A DNA stretch of 64,000 nucleotides from a bacterium (GTDB lineage Bacteria; Patescibacteriota; Patescibacteriia; JAACEG01; JAGUWE01): assembly GCA_043798995.1 (NCBI GenBank), contig JAZDOD010000008.1, forward strand, positions 119,468-183,467. Reading direction: 5' to 3'. Positions 18,513 through 27,987 of this stretch are shown piece by piece. How positions within the stretch are numbered: the stretch's first letter is position 1; each line of letters starts with the position of its first letter. The position numbers and the translations under genes were made by a program. The notes beneath the pieces were generated by a model, which saw nothing but the letters and a program-made list of their open reading frames with translations, was not told where the DNA came from and searched no databases.

Positions 18513-19962
18513 ATGAAAATAAAATCAGTATCAATAAAAAATTTTAGAGGCATTGAGAAGTTGGATGCTCCCATCGAGTTATCTGATTTCAGCGTTTTCA
18601 TAGGAGACAACGCAACATGTAAAACCGCTGTGCTAGAAGCTGTTAATTTTTGTTTATCGCCTAGATTTACAGCTTCACGCCTGGGTATAAATGATTTTTA
18701 TCAAGGTGCTGATAGAGAAATTGAAATAACTGTTGAATTTGAGGAAAGTTTTATCGCAAAACTTCCCGATGGATACACGACACAAGATGTTGAATGTAAA
18801 AAAATAACTCTAACCGCAAAAAAGAGAGAGAAATCTGCTTCCCAAAAAGCTTTCTCCGACCTAGTCACAACCACACATTATGTAGTTACCCGTTGCGCCT
18901 CGGGGAGAAGAGGGGTGGGTTCAACCAAGAAAAACCAGCACCAACGATTTTAAATTTACGGAAAGACAACTCTCTTTTCCGGTTACTGAGGTTGAGATGC
19001 CGAGATGTTTTTACTTTCCTAAAACACGGAGCAAGCAATTGTCGAAGGGATTCAACTCTTCTTTATCAAACGTGATTGATGATCTAAACTGGCGTTTCGA
19101 CAAGACACAACGAACTAAAGCAGAAGAGAAGCACTTTAAACACGACAGAAAAAATTTGCACGAGAAGATAAAAGCAGAAACAGGAGGAGATACGATCAAA
19201 AAAACCATAGATGCGACTAACGAAATATTAAAAAAGTTAAGAATAGATGAAATCGACATAAGCCTATTTAAAACTTTGACTCCATATGATAGTGCCGAAC
19301 TCGTTTTCCCTTTTGATGGTTTTGAACTACCAATTGGACAAGGTGGCTCAGGTATAGAAATGGCCGTTGCTATTGCGTTTTTAGAGTCATTAGCAAAGAT
19401 TTCAAAAGAAGACATCGTTATTGTAATTGATGAGCCAGAATTGCACCTACACCCAACACTTCAAGAGAAGATTTTTAATCATTTCAAAGAAATATCGAGC
19501 GAAATTCAGATTATCGTTTCAACTCATTCGCCCTTTTTGTTTAGGAATGTTTATCAAAACAGTAAAGTTCAGTTGCTTTTAACAAAAAATGAAAGTGATA
19601 AAATCCTAATCCAAGACGCCAGGTCTTCTGAATTTGGGTTGTTAAATTGGAGTCCATCGTGGGGAGAAATATGTTATTTTTCTTACGATTTGCCGACAAT
19701 TGAATTCCACGATGATTTATATGCGAGTTTGCAGGACAAAAACGGAACGGAAAGTATCGCTGCAACAGAAACTTGGTTGATAGCTAATGGGCAAGCAAAG
19801 GAAATTAAATGGAAAGACGACAAAGACATTCAACAAGAAGAAACTTTAATGACCTATATAAGAAACAGAATCCATCACGGCGATAATCAAAATAGGCCAA
19901 TGTATTCTCCCGAACAGTTGAGAGATTCAATAGCGCGAATGATTACTTTACTAAAACTATGA
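18513..19962 (+). pseudogene. ABC-type ATPase (AAA_15/21-like) with C-terminal HEPN-like motif, split by a +1 frameshift near 18888
   Basis: IKNFRG and GDNATCKT in ORF1; GSG, IDEPELHLHP, STHSP and RNRIHH in ORF2; the ORF2 frame is open from 18886. Confidence 0.75.
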
Positions 19963-20230
19963 ACGAATTTTCTGAAGACAAATTAACCCCCGTCTTGTGC
20001 GAAATACCATAACTAGCCAAGTTGTGGTGGTAAATTGAGCAAACAATCAAGCGTATAGAAACTGTCTAAAATGTGTCTAAATTAGACACTTGCAAAATAC
20101 TATACAAGAAAACACCGGTTTTTACGCTTAAAATAAGGGCAAAATAGGCAATGGCGCGTCTCTTGTAATGTATAGTTGACAAGAGATGGGCGTTTCTTGT
20201 AAACTTAAATAATCAAACAATACAAGAGTT

Positions 20231-21661
20231 ATGAACGAAGAAAGGAAAGAAAAATTATACCAATTTGTGCGCGACCAAATAGCACAGGGCGTTTTTCGCA
20301 CTCGTGCCTATGTTTTCAACGACCGTGGAGAGCGTAATCCACAAAGGAGTATGTTTTTGCGCATACAAAAATATGTCCATGATTTTATGGGCGGCAATGC
20401 TTCCGTGCGCTGGTTGGTCATGCCGGGTCTTCGCGGGTCCGGCAAGACAACTCTTTTGGCACAGTTATATCACGATACGGATGTACCAATAGAACGCAAA
20501 TTATTCTTGTCGGTGGATCAAGTTACCCAGACATTCGGCGCCTCACTGCAAGAAATTATTCAGGTATACGAAGAAGCGGTTGGTGGTTCGTTTGAGCGGC
20601 TGGAAGAACCGGTATTTTTATTTCTTGATGAAGTGCAATATGATCGTCGCTGGGCCGGATTTTTAAAAACCGTATATGACCGAACTCGGAAAGTTTTTAT
20701 TACTGCGACTGGTTCTTCTGCTCTGATGTTCAATATAAACGCGGATGTTGCTCGTCGAGCTGTATCGGAAAAATTGTATCCTATGAGTTTTACGGAATTT
20801 ATGAAAATCAAACACAATAAATATGAAGAAAAAGGATTGGGGCGAGAATTAAGACAAGCATTGCTGGATTCCAAATCAGCGCAAGAAGTTTATGATCAAC
20901 TTATATCATGCGGGGAAACAGTGAGGCACTATTGGCTGAATGTTGAACGCCAAGAAATAACGCACTATATCAATTACGGCACATTGCCGTATATGGTTGC
21001 TCTGAAAAATGAAGCTCTAGTATACGACCAAATTAAAAAATCGCTTGAGCGTGTTATTTCGGTTGATATTCCCCAAATTGGCAGATTTCGGCCAGATATT
21101 GCTTCAAAATTCCCGATGCTCTTATATGCGATAGCTGATTCAGAGCAGCTTAGTCTAAATAATCTTTCGCGCGTTATGGAGATTGGGAGACCTACACTTA
21201 TGCACATGCTTGATGTTTTGGAGCAGACGGAAACAATAATGCGTGTATATCCGCATGGATCCCATCGATCACAAGTAAGAAAACCATCAAAATATTTATT
21301 CACGTCCCCCGCATTTCGCGCGATGTATTTTAAATTCATCGGTAGCACGCAACGACAAGAAATATACGAAGGCAAGTTGTTGGAAGATATTGTCGGATTG
21401 TATTTGGGGCGGCTTTGCGAACAGCGATCAATATCCCTTACTTATGATTCTGCCGCTGGCGGTGCGGATTTTATCGTGCGAGATAACAATGCCCTTATCG
21501 CAATTGAAGTGGGTCGTGGTCAAAAAGGATTTGAACAGGTGGCACGCACCGCTAAAAAGGTCAAAGCAAAATATGGATTGGTTATTTCTGCGTCAGAATT
21601 GAAAATAGATGTAAAACATTCTGCCGTTTCAGTTCCGTTAGAATTTTTTCTACTTATATAA
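20231..21661 (+). CDS. AAA_14 ATPase with DUF4143/PD-(D/E)XK-like C-terminus
   Basis: GLRGSGKTT, FLDEVQ, TGSS, PMSF.EF, K.Y and ADF...IEV motifs. Confidence 0.85.
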   Translation: MNEERKEKLYQFVRDQIAQGVFRTRAYVFNDRGERNPQRSMFLRIQKYVHDFMGGNASVRWLVMPGLRGSGKTTLLAQLYHDTDVPIERKLFLSVDQVTQTFGASLQEIIQVYEEAVGGSFERLEEPVFLFLDEVQYDRRWAGFLKTVYDRTRKVFITATGSSALMFNINADVARRAVSEKLYPMSFTEFMKIKHNKYEEKGLGRELRQALLDSKSAQEVYDQLISCGETVRHYWLNVERQEITHYINYGTLPYMVALKNEALVYDQIKKSLERVISVDIPQIGRFRPDIASKFPMLLYAIADSEQLSLNNLSRVMEIGRPTLMHMLDVLEQTETIMRVYPHGSHRSQVRKPSKYLFTSPAFRAMYFKFIGSTQRQEIYEGKLLEDIVGLYLGRLCEQRSISLTYDSAAGGADFIVRDNNALIAIEVGRGQKGFEQVARTAKKVKAKYGLVISASELKIDVKHSAVSVPLEFFLLI

Positions 21662-21664
21662 AAT

Positions 21665-24600
21665 ATGAGCGAGTTTTCCGAAGACAAATTAATAGAGCAA
21701 ACTGCTATCAAATTTTTCGGCGAGCTTTGGTCCGCTTCCGCTAAAGCTACAGCGGACAAGGGCGCTGAGAATTTCGTGAATGCTTATTCAGACGAGGGTG
21801 ACGCACGACTCGGACGAGAAAACCAGGGGCAGGTTGTTTTGATGAAATATTTAAAACCAGCACTTGAACGATTCAACCCTGATGTATCTACCGAGGGCTT
21901 AAACCTCGCGATCGACGAGATTATAAAAGACCGCTCGGCGATGAGCATGGTGAATGCGAACCGTGAAGTATGGCAACTACTTCGGGACGGCGTAAGGGTT
22001 GAGACGGAAAATGAAAAAGGCGAACAACAGACCGAGACAGTAAAGATTATTGATTTTGAAAATCCAAAAGAAAATCACTTTATGCTCGTATCCCAGCTTT
22101 GGGTAACCGGCGAATTGCATAAACGCCGTCCCGACTTAATTGGCTTTGTAAACGGCTTGCCGCTTGTGCTGATTGAGCTGAAAGCATCGCACAAAAATCT
22201 TCGCAATGCCTACCAGCAAAACATTCGGGATTACAAAGACACGATTCCGCAGCTTTTTTGGTATAACGCTTTTATAATTATTTCCAATGGTATTGAAAGC
22301 AAAGTTGGCACAATTACCGGCGCGTATGAACATTTCAACGAATGGAAGAAAATCAAGGACGAAAAAGAGGTTGGAAAAGTAAGTTTGGAAACGGTAATCA
22401 AGGGCACCTGCGAACCAGCGCGGCTTTTGGATATTATTGAAAACTTTATTCTTTTTGACGACTCCCGCGGAGAACGCGCCAAAGCGATTGCCCGATATTT
22501 TCAATTTTTCGGAGTGAACCGTGCTTTTCTGCAAGTTCAAAATCGGGAAAAAAATAAGGGCCGCCTCGGTGTTTTCTGGCACACGCAAGGGTCCGGCAAA
22601 TCATATTCAATGGTTTTCTTGTCTCAAAAAGTGTTTCGTAAGCTGACCGGAAATTTTACTTTTGTCGTGGTCACAGACCGCAAGGAACTTGATAGGCAAA
22701 TATACAAGACCTTTGCCGCCTGTGGCGCTGTTTACGAAAACGAAGTCCATGCCGATTCCGTAGAACATCTTAAGCAACTGCTTAAAGAAGACCACCGCCA
22801 TGTTTTTACGCTTATCCATAAATTTGCCGAACCAAAAGAATTATCAAACAGAAGCGATGTGATTGTGATGGCCGATGAAGCGCATCGCACGCAATACGAC
22901 CGCATGGCGGCAAATATGCGCATTGCGTTGCCTAAGGCATCATTTCTTGGCTTTACCGGCACGCCCTTGATGGCTAGCGGTGAAGAAAAAACCCGAGAAG
23001 CTTTCGGTGATTATGTCTCAACATACAACTTCGCGCAGTCAGTAAAAGACGGAGCTACGGTTCCCCTTTATTACGAAAATCGTGTTCCAAAACTGGAGAA
23101 TGTAAATCCGGATATTCAGAAAGATTTGGAACGGGTAATGAATTTTTACGATCTTGCGCCGGAAGAAGAGGAAAAACTGGAACAAGAATTTTCAACTTTC
23201 TATCATCTGATAACCCGCGAGGATCGCTTGAATAAAGTCGCAGAAGATATTGTCGCGCACTTCACCGCTCGAGGATATAACGGAAAAGCAATGGTTGTTT
23301 CTATTGATAAGAAAACGGCTATTCGAATGCACGCCAAAGTCAAAGAACAAATGCAACGCCATTTGGCAAAATTGAATATAGCTTTATCCAAAGCTGCTGA
23401 CGAACATGAAAAAGAAAAGATTCGGCAAATCATAGAACAATACGAAGGAATTGATATGGCAGTAGTGGTAAGCCAAGGCCAGAATGAAATCGCCGACATG
23501 GAAGAATTTGAGATTGATATGAGGCCGCTTAGAGCTCGTATGCAAAATGAAGATTTGGAAACCAAATTTAAAGATCCCGACAGCAACCTACGCATTGTCT
23601 TTGTTTGTGCAATGTGGATTACCGGTTTTGATGTTCTCAACCTTTCAACGCTCTACCTTGATAAGCCGCTTAAGAATCACACACTGATGCAGACCATCGC
23701 CCGCGCTAATCGAGTATATCCGGGTAAAACAAACGGCCTTATTGTTGACTACATCGGCGTATTTAGAAATATTCAAAGAGCCCTCGCAATTTATGCTACT
23801 CCGGAGAGCGGCGCGTCAATCGACGACATTATTAAAGAAAAAGAAGCACTCGTTGAGTTGTTGGTTTCAACCGCCACACAGACGAGAGGATTCTTAAAAA
23901 AGCTTGATCTTGATGTTGATAAATTGCTGAAAGCAAAAGACGCAGAAAAGATACGCCTTGTTGATGTATTCACAAATCGTATTTTGCAGGACGAACAGAC
24001 GAAGAAGAGATATCTTGATTTTGCGTCAGATGTCTACCAACTTTACAAAGCGGTATTGCCCGAGCCCAAGGCGGAAGATTATTATCAAGAAGTTATGGCC
24101 TTTAAAGTGATCGCTTCTCGTATTAAAGAAGTCATTGAGGAAGAAGCTGATGTCAGTCAAGTAAAAAAAGACCTTGAGGATTTGCTTGACCGTTCTATAA
24201 AGGCGGGAGAGTTTGTAATCAAGGAGCCAAAACTGAAAGATTTAAGTCATATTGACTTTGAAGCGCTCCGGAAATTTTTTGACGACACTGAAAACAAAAA
24301 CATTGCCGCTGAAAGTTTAAGTGCCGAGCTTGAAGAAAAAATCAAAGAAATGGCGCGGAAAAATAAGATCCGCAAACATTTTCTTGATCGTCTTAATTTA
24401 TTGATTAACGAGTACAATTCCGGCTCTCGCGATCTCGACTCATTTTTTGAAGAACTTCTCGCACTCGCAAAAGAATTAAGCGAGGAAGATCGCCGGGCGA
24501 TAAAAGAAAACCTCACGGAGGAGGAATTGGCGATATTCGATCTTCTTGCGAAGGAAAATCTTAACCCCGATGAAGTGGAGAAAGTGAAAAAAGTTGCGCT

Positions 24601-24820
24601 TGAGTTGTTGGCTAAACTTAAAGCAGAAAAGTTTGTCTTGGATTGGAAGCGGAAAGAGGAAACGCGGGCTGATGTGAAAATAACAATCCGGGATATGCTA
24701 TATGATAATTTGCCCGAGCCAGCGTACTCCGAACAAGATTGCGAAGACCGGACACAAAAAGTTTATTTCCATGTTTACGACAATTATGTGGACGCAAAAA
24801 TTAATGTTTACGCGCAGTAG
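21665..24820 (+). CDS. hsdR: Type I restriction subunit R
   Basis: PD..FVNGLPL..IELK, HTQGSGKS, DEAHR, FTGTP and QTIARANR motifs. Confidence 0.95.
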   Translation: MSEFSEDKLIEQTAIKFFGELWSASAKATADKGAENFVNAYSDEGDARLGRENQGQVVLMKYLKPALERFNPDVSTEGLNLAIDEIIKDRSAMSMVNANREVWQLLRDGVRVETENEKGEQQTETVKIIDFENPKENHFMLVSQLWVTGELHKRRPDLIGFVNGLPLVLIELKASHKNLRNAYQQNIRDYKDTIPQLFWYNAFIIISNGIESKVGTITGAYEHFNEWKKIKDEKEVGKVSLETVIKGTCEPARLLDIIENFILFDDSRGERAKAIARYFQFFGVNRAFLQVQNREKNKGRLGVFWHTQGSGKSYSMVFLSQKVFRKLTGNFTFVVVTDRKELDRQIYKTFAACGAVYENEVHADSVEHLKQLLKEDHRHVFTLIHKFAEPKELSNRSDVIVMADEAHRTQYDRMAANMRIALPKASFLGFTGTPLMASGEEKTREAFGDYVSTYNFAQSVKDGATVPLYYENRVPKLENVNPDIQKDLERVMNFYDLAPEEEEKLEQEFSTFYHLITREDRLNKVAEDIVAHFTARGYNGKAMVVSIDKKTAIRMHAKVKEQMQRHLAKLNIALSKAADEHEKEKIRQIIEQYEGIDMAVVVSQGQNEIADMEEFEIDMRPLRARMQNEDLETKFKDPDSNLRIVFVCAMWITGFDVLNLSTLYLDKPLKNHTLMQTIARANRVYPGKTNGLIVDYIGVFRNIQRALAIYATPESGASIDDIIKEKEALVELLVSTATQTRGFLKKLDLDVDKLLKAKDAEKIRLVDVFTNRILQDEQTKKRYLDFASDVYQLYKAVLPEPKAEDYYQEVMAFKVIASRIKEVIEEEADVSQVKKDLEDLLDRSIKAGEFVIKEPKLKDLSHIDFEALRKFFDDTENKNIAAESLSAELEEKIKEMARKNKIRKHFLDRLNLLINEYNSGSRDLDSFFEELLALAKELSEEDRRAIKENLTEEELAIFDLLAKENLNPDEVEKVKKVALELLAKLKAEKFVLDWKRKEETRADVKITIRDMLYDNLPEPAYSEQDCEDRTQKVYFHVYDNYVDAKINVYAQ
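21731..21760 (+). repeat. 30-bp hairpin element in frame (encodes SASAKATADK)
   Basis: tccgct-tccgctaaagctac-agcggac-aag near the hsdR start. Confidence 0.7.
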
Positions 24821-24850
24821 TTTGTGAGGTATATTCGAAGTTGAAATAGT

Positions 24851-24997
24851 GAAGTACCTATCCCACCTCTCAAAACCCAAAAACAAATTGTCGCCAAACT
24901 TTCCGCGGCCCAGGATTATAAAAAACAGCTTTTTGAACAGCGAACTAAATTGAAAGAATTATTTGATAGCGTCCTCCACAAATCTTTCAACGCCTAA
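24851..24997 (+). pseudogene. Orphan HsdS C-terminal stub
   Basis: Reads VPIPPLKTQKQIVAKL...LKELFDSVLHKSF*; no start codon, upstream stop in frame. Confidence 0.75.
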
Positions 24998-25032
24998 TAA
25001 CATACCAACAAACTTGAGAATGTTGGGATATT
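24995..25032. repeat. 38-bp palindromic site A1 (overlaps the wHTH promoter)
   Basis: taataacataccaacaaacttgagaatgttgggatatt, followed by TATAAT at 25036. Confidence 0.8.
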
Positions 25033-25047
25033 GTATATAATAAAAAT

Positions 25048-25332
25048 ATGGGGAAAATGAAAACCGCAAAACAAATGGAGCGACACCTTAAAGGTATGGC
25101 GAATCATTACCGTATTGAGATACTGCTTCTTATTGCCGAACGCGATGGAATAACGCTTGAAGATATTGTTGAAACACTCGGCGCCAACGAGAAGACTATA
25201 GGCGAGCACACGCGACGACTCTTTCAGGCGGGACTTATCAATAAAAAGTACCGCGGCAAATTTGTAGAGCACACGCTGTCGCCATACGGAAAAACATTCG
25301 TCAGCTTTCTCAAATCATTTCAACGTATATAA
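25048..25332 (+). CDS. ArsR-like winged-helix protein
   Basis: KG.AN..RI.IL...T.EH...L..AGL..K pattern; paralog at 26671. Confidence 0.85.
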   Translation: MGKMKTAKQMERHLKGMANHYRIEILLLIAERDGITLEDIVETLGANEKTIGEHTRRLFQAGLINKKYRGKFVEHTLSPYGKTFVSFLKSFQRI

Positions 25333-25367
25333 CAACATCCTTACAAACTTGAGAATGTAAGGATATT
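25330..25367. repeat. 38-bp palindromic site A2
   Basis: taacaacatccttacaaacttgagaatgtaaggatatt; direct repeat of A1 with compensatory changes. Confidence 0.8.
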
Positions 25368-25385
25368 TTAAACTTAAATATAAAT

Positions 25386-25460
25386 AAGATAAAGATTCCG
25401 TTACTGCCTCTCGAAACCCAAAAACAAATCGTTGAAAAACTCTCCGCGGCGCAGGAATAC
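25386..25460 (+). pseudogene. Second HsdS C-terminal stub
   Basis: KIKIPLLPLETQKQIVEKLSAAQEY, cut by a hairpin element at 25460-25499. Confidence 0.7.
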
Positions 25461-25549
25461 CCCAGTAGTAGAACGCAAAGCGTTCACTACGGGGCAGGCA
25501 AAAAAAAATAAGGAGAGAAGATCATTGTTAACTTAAAAAATTTAGGCGT

Positions 25550-26038
25550 ATGAAAAAGAAAGAAAACAATTTCGCGTTTATAGACGGCCAAAACCTTAAT
25601 CTCGGCATTCAAAGCTTGGGCTGGAAATTGAATTATTGGCGTTTTAGAAAATATCTTGCGGAAAAATATTCGGTAGCAACGGCGTATTACTTTATCGGTT
25701 ATGTAGCCGGTAACCAGCCGCTTTATTCCGAACTGCAAAAAGCCGGCTATGTGTTGGTGTTTAAGCCAACCATTCCAGATGGTGATGGAAATGTAAAGGG
25801 CAATATAGATGCCGATCTGGTTTTACAGGTGATGATTGATTTTCCAAATTATGATCAGGCAATCATTGTTTCAAGTGACGGAGATTTTTATTCGCTGGTA
25901 AAACATCTTTATCAAAACAATAAGCTGCGTTTTGTGATGAGTCCGTATATCAAAACTTGCTCAACTTTACTGAAAAAGGAAGCAAAAGAGAGAATTGTAT
26001 TTATGGATAATTTGCGAAAAAAGCTTGAATATAAATGA
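25550..26038 (+). CDS. NYN (LabA/DUF88) PIN-like nuclease
   Basis: FIDGQNL, KGNIDADL and VSSDGDF acidic motifs. Confidence 0.9.
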   Translation: MKKKENNFAFIDGQNLNLGIQSLGWKLNYWRFRKYLAEKYSVATAYYFIGYVAGNQPLYSELQKAGYVLVFKPTIPDGDGNVKGNIDADLVLQVMIDFPNYDQAIIVSSDGDFYSLVKHLYQNNKLRFVMSPYIKTCSTLLKKEAKERIVFMDNLRKKLEYK

Positions 26039-26092
26039 AAAAGCACCGCTCGAGGACGAAACCTAAAGAGGTGCTCTCTCCTGTGAATTCTA
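26036..26092 (-). ncRNA. Candidate ~55-nt small RNA convergent on NYN
   Basis: Minus-strand TTGACA(26126-26121)-17bp-TATTCT(26103-26098), then a stem-loop and U tract; no ORF. Confidence 0.45.
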
Positions 26093-26278
26093 ATTAAAGA
26101 ATATTCCTATTATCAAATTTTGTCAAGTCTAAAAAATGTGGATAACTAAAAATTCGAAAAATCCGAGAAATAAAGCCAAAATTGGTTGAACCCCGAAGCA
26201 GTCCGACGCAAGGTCGGACACTACGGGGCAGGCAAAAAGTTGAACCCTTCGGTATACTCAAGGTGAAAAAATAAAATT

Positions 26279-26605
26279 ATGGAAAATGGAAAAGAGGACC
26301 AAATAATTAAAAAAATTGAAGAATTTTTTGAAGTTCCGGAGAGGGTTGCCGATAAAGTCAAAAATGTAGCAGAAAAAGTTAAGGGTGGTTATGTTTTGTT
26401 TGAAACGCGGCCTTGCTGGGACAGTTCTCCCGGCCCCTGGACTAAATTACCGGTGGCTAAAATTGTTTTTCATAAATCCACTCAAATCCGGAAGCTTTAT
26501 TGGATGCGGGCTTCTGGCAAATGGGAGCTTTATGGGCAATACAAAACATTAAACAGGGTTCTGAGGACAATAGAAGAAGATAAACACGGCTGTTTTTGGG
26601 GTTAA
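26279..26605 (+). CDS. DUF3024-like hypothetical protein
   Basis: E.RP.W...VAK....LYW.RA..KW..Y...D..GCFWG pattern. Confidence 0.65.
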   Translation: MENGKEDQIIKKIEEFFEVPERVADKVKNVAEKVKGGYVLFETRPCWDSSPGPWTKLPVAKIVFHKSTQIRKLYWMRASGKWELYGQYKTLNRVLRTIEEDKHGCFWG

Positions 26606-26614
26606 TTCATAATT

Positions 26615-26652
26615 TAACAACATTCTCATATTCTGCAGAATATAAGAATGTG
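26615..26652. repeat. 38-bp palindromic site B1
   Basis: taacaacattctcatattctgcagaatataagaatgtg, followed by TGATATAAT. Confidence 0.8.
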
Positions 26653-26670
26653 TGATATAATGGAATTGGT

Positions 26671-26955
26671 ATGAAAACAAAAACGGCAAAACAATTAGAG
26701 AGACACTTCAAAGGCATGGCGAATCATCACCGTATTGAAATTCTGAGGTTAATTGCTGAAAACGAAGGCATCAGTTTGGAGAGTATTGCGGGAAGTTTGG
26801 ATTGTAATTTCAAAACCATTTCTGAGCATACTAGGAAATTAGTTCAAGCCGGGTTGGTTAATAAAAAGTATCACGGCAGAATGGTTGCTCATTCTCTCTC
26901 GCCTTACGGCAAAATTTTTTATGAGTTTGTAAAACATTTCCAGGTTTCTAAATAA
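26671..26955 (+). CDS. ArsR-like winged-helix protein (paralog of 25048)
   Basis: KTAKQLERHFKGMANHHRIEIL... aligns ungapped to the 25048 product. Confidence 0.85.
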   Translation: MKTKTAKQLERHFKGMANHHRIEILRLIAENEGISLESIAGSLDCNFKTISEHTRKLVQAGLVNKKYHGRMVAHSLSPYGKIFYEFVKHFQVSK

Positions 26956-26958
26956 CAT

Positions 26959-27002
26959 TAATAACATTCTCATACTCATATTCTGCAGAATGTTGGAATG
27001 TC
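26959..27002. repeat. Palindromic site B2 (with a 6-bp internal duplication)
   Basis: taataacattctcata-ctcata-ttctgcagaatgttggaatgtc. Confidence 0.75.
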
Positions 27003-27037
27003 AAAATTTAGAGAAAAAGTAAAATGGAAAATGGACT

Positions 27038-27778
27038 ATGAAAAAGGTTTTGATTATAATTTTTATTGGTTTAGTAATAATTTTGGTCTGGTTTTTGCTT
27101 CCTAAAAAGGAATCAACAAACCAAAATCAATTTATGGGAGAAAAAAATTATTCTTTTGATAAGAATGGTTATATGGTGCTTCCCGAGCCAAGAAAGGAAA
27201 GCAAAACATCAATCGAAGAGGCGCTTTTAAAAAGGCGGAGTATTAGAGAATATAAAGACGAAGCGTTAAGTCTAGAAGAAATTTCTCAAATTTTATGGTC
27301 AGCTCAAGGAATTACTGCTCCAGAGCAGGGCGGTCGAACCGCTCCTTCAGCTGGCGCCCTCTACCCCTTGGAAATCTATTTAGTAGTAAGAAAAGCAGAA
27401 AATCTTGAGCCGGCTGTTTATCACTATTTGCCCGATGGTCATAAAATAGAAAAAGTTTTAGAAGGAGATGTTAGCGAAGATTTAGCCAAGGCAGCTTTAA
27501 ATCAGATGTTTATAAAAGAGGCGCCAGCAAACATAGTAATTTCAGCAGTTTTTTCTCGGACTACCTCAAAATACGGCGAACGAGGTAATCAATATGTTTA
27601 TATGGAGGCTGGCCATGTTTCCCAAAATATTTATTTACAGGTTGAAAGTTTGGAATTGGGGACAGTATCAGTAGGAGCTTTTTCTGGCGAAGAAGTTAAA
27701 AGAATTTTAAACCTGCAAGAAGAAATCCCCCTATACATAATGCCGATTGGGAGGATTAATAAATCCCGCACCTTTTAG
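27038..27778 (+). CDS. SagB/ThcOx-family nitroreductase with N-terminal TM anchor
   Basis: [18 protein letters not shown] and EAGHVSQN motifs. Confidence 0.9.
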   Translation: MKKVLIIIFIGLVIILVWFLLPKKESTNQNQFMGEKNYSFDKNGYMVLPEPRKESKTSIEEALLKRRSIREYKDEALSLEEISQILWSAQGITAPEQGGRTAPSAGALYPLEIYLVVRKAENLEPAVYHYLPDGHKIEKVLEGDVSEDLAKAALNQMFIKEAPANIVISAVFSRTTSKYGERGNQYVYMEAGHVSQNIYLQVESLELGTVSVGAFSGEEVKRILNLQEEIPLYIMPIGRINKSRTF

Positions 27779-27987
27779 CGGGGTTTTAAACCCCATTGAA
27801 AGGATTTACTTTATATTCTTTCATCCCCGCAAAAAGTTCTAGGGTACTCGAGAAAGGGAATATAAAAATATCATACCCTCTAATTCGCGCGAATAAGGGA
27901 ATAAGGAGTTGTAGTTTTTAGCTTTGCACTTTTCCCGCTTTCAGCGGGATCCCGCCATCGGCGGTGATAATTTTTACTTTAATAATT

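Noticed and set aside
18893-19075. 60-aa ORF between the ATPase halves, or a programmed frameshift
   Set aside because: It is the third, non-coding frame; no slippery heptamer or long homopolymer at the junction, so mutation or sequencing error is more likely
26050-26063. gaggacgaaac resembles a hammerhead ribozyme stem II/core
   Set aside because: The required CUGANGA core was not found at a suitable position on either strand
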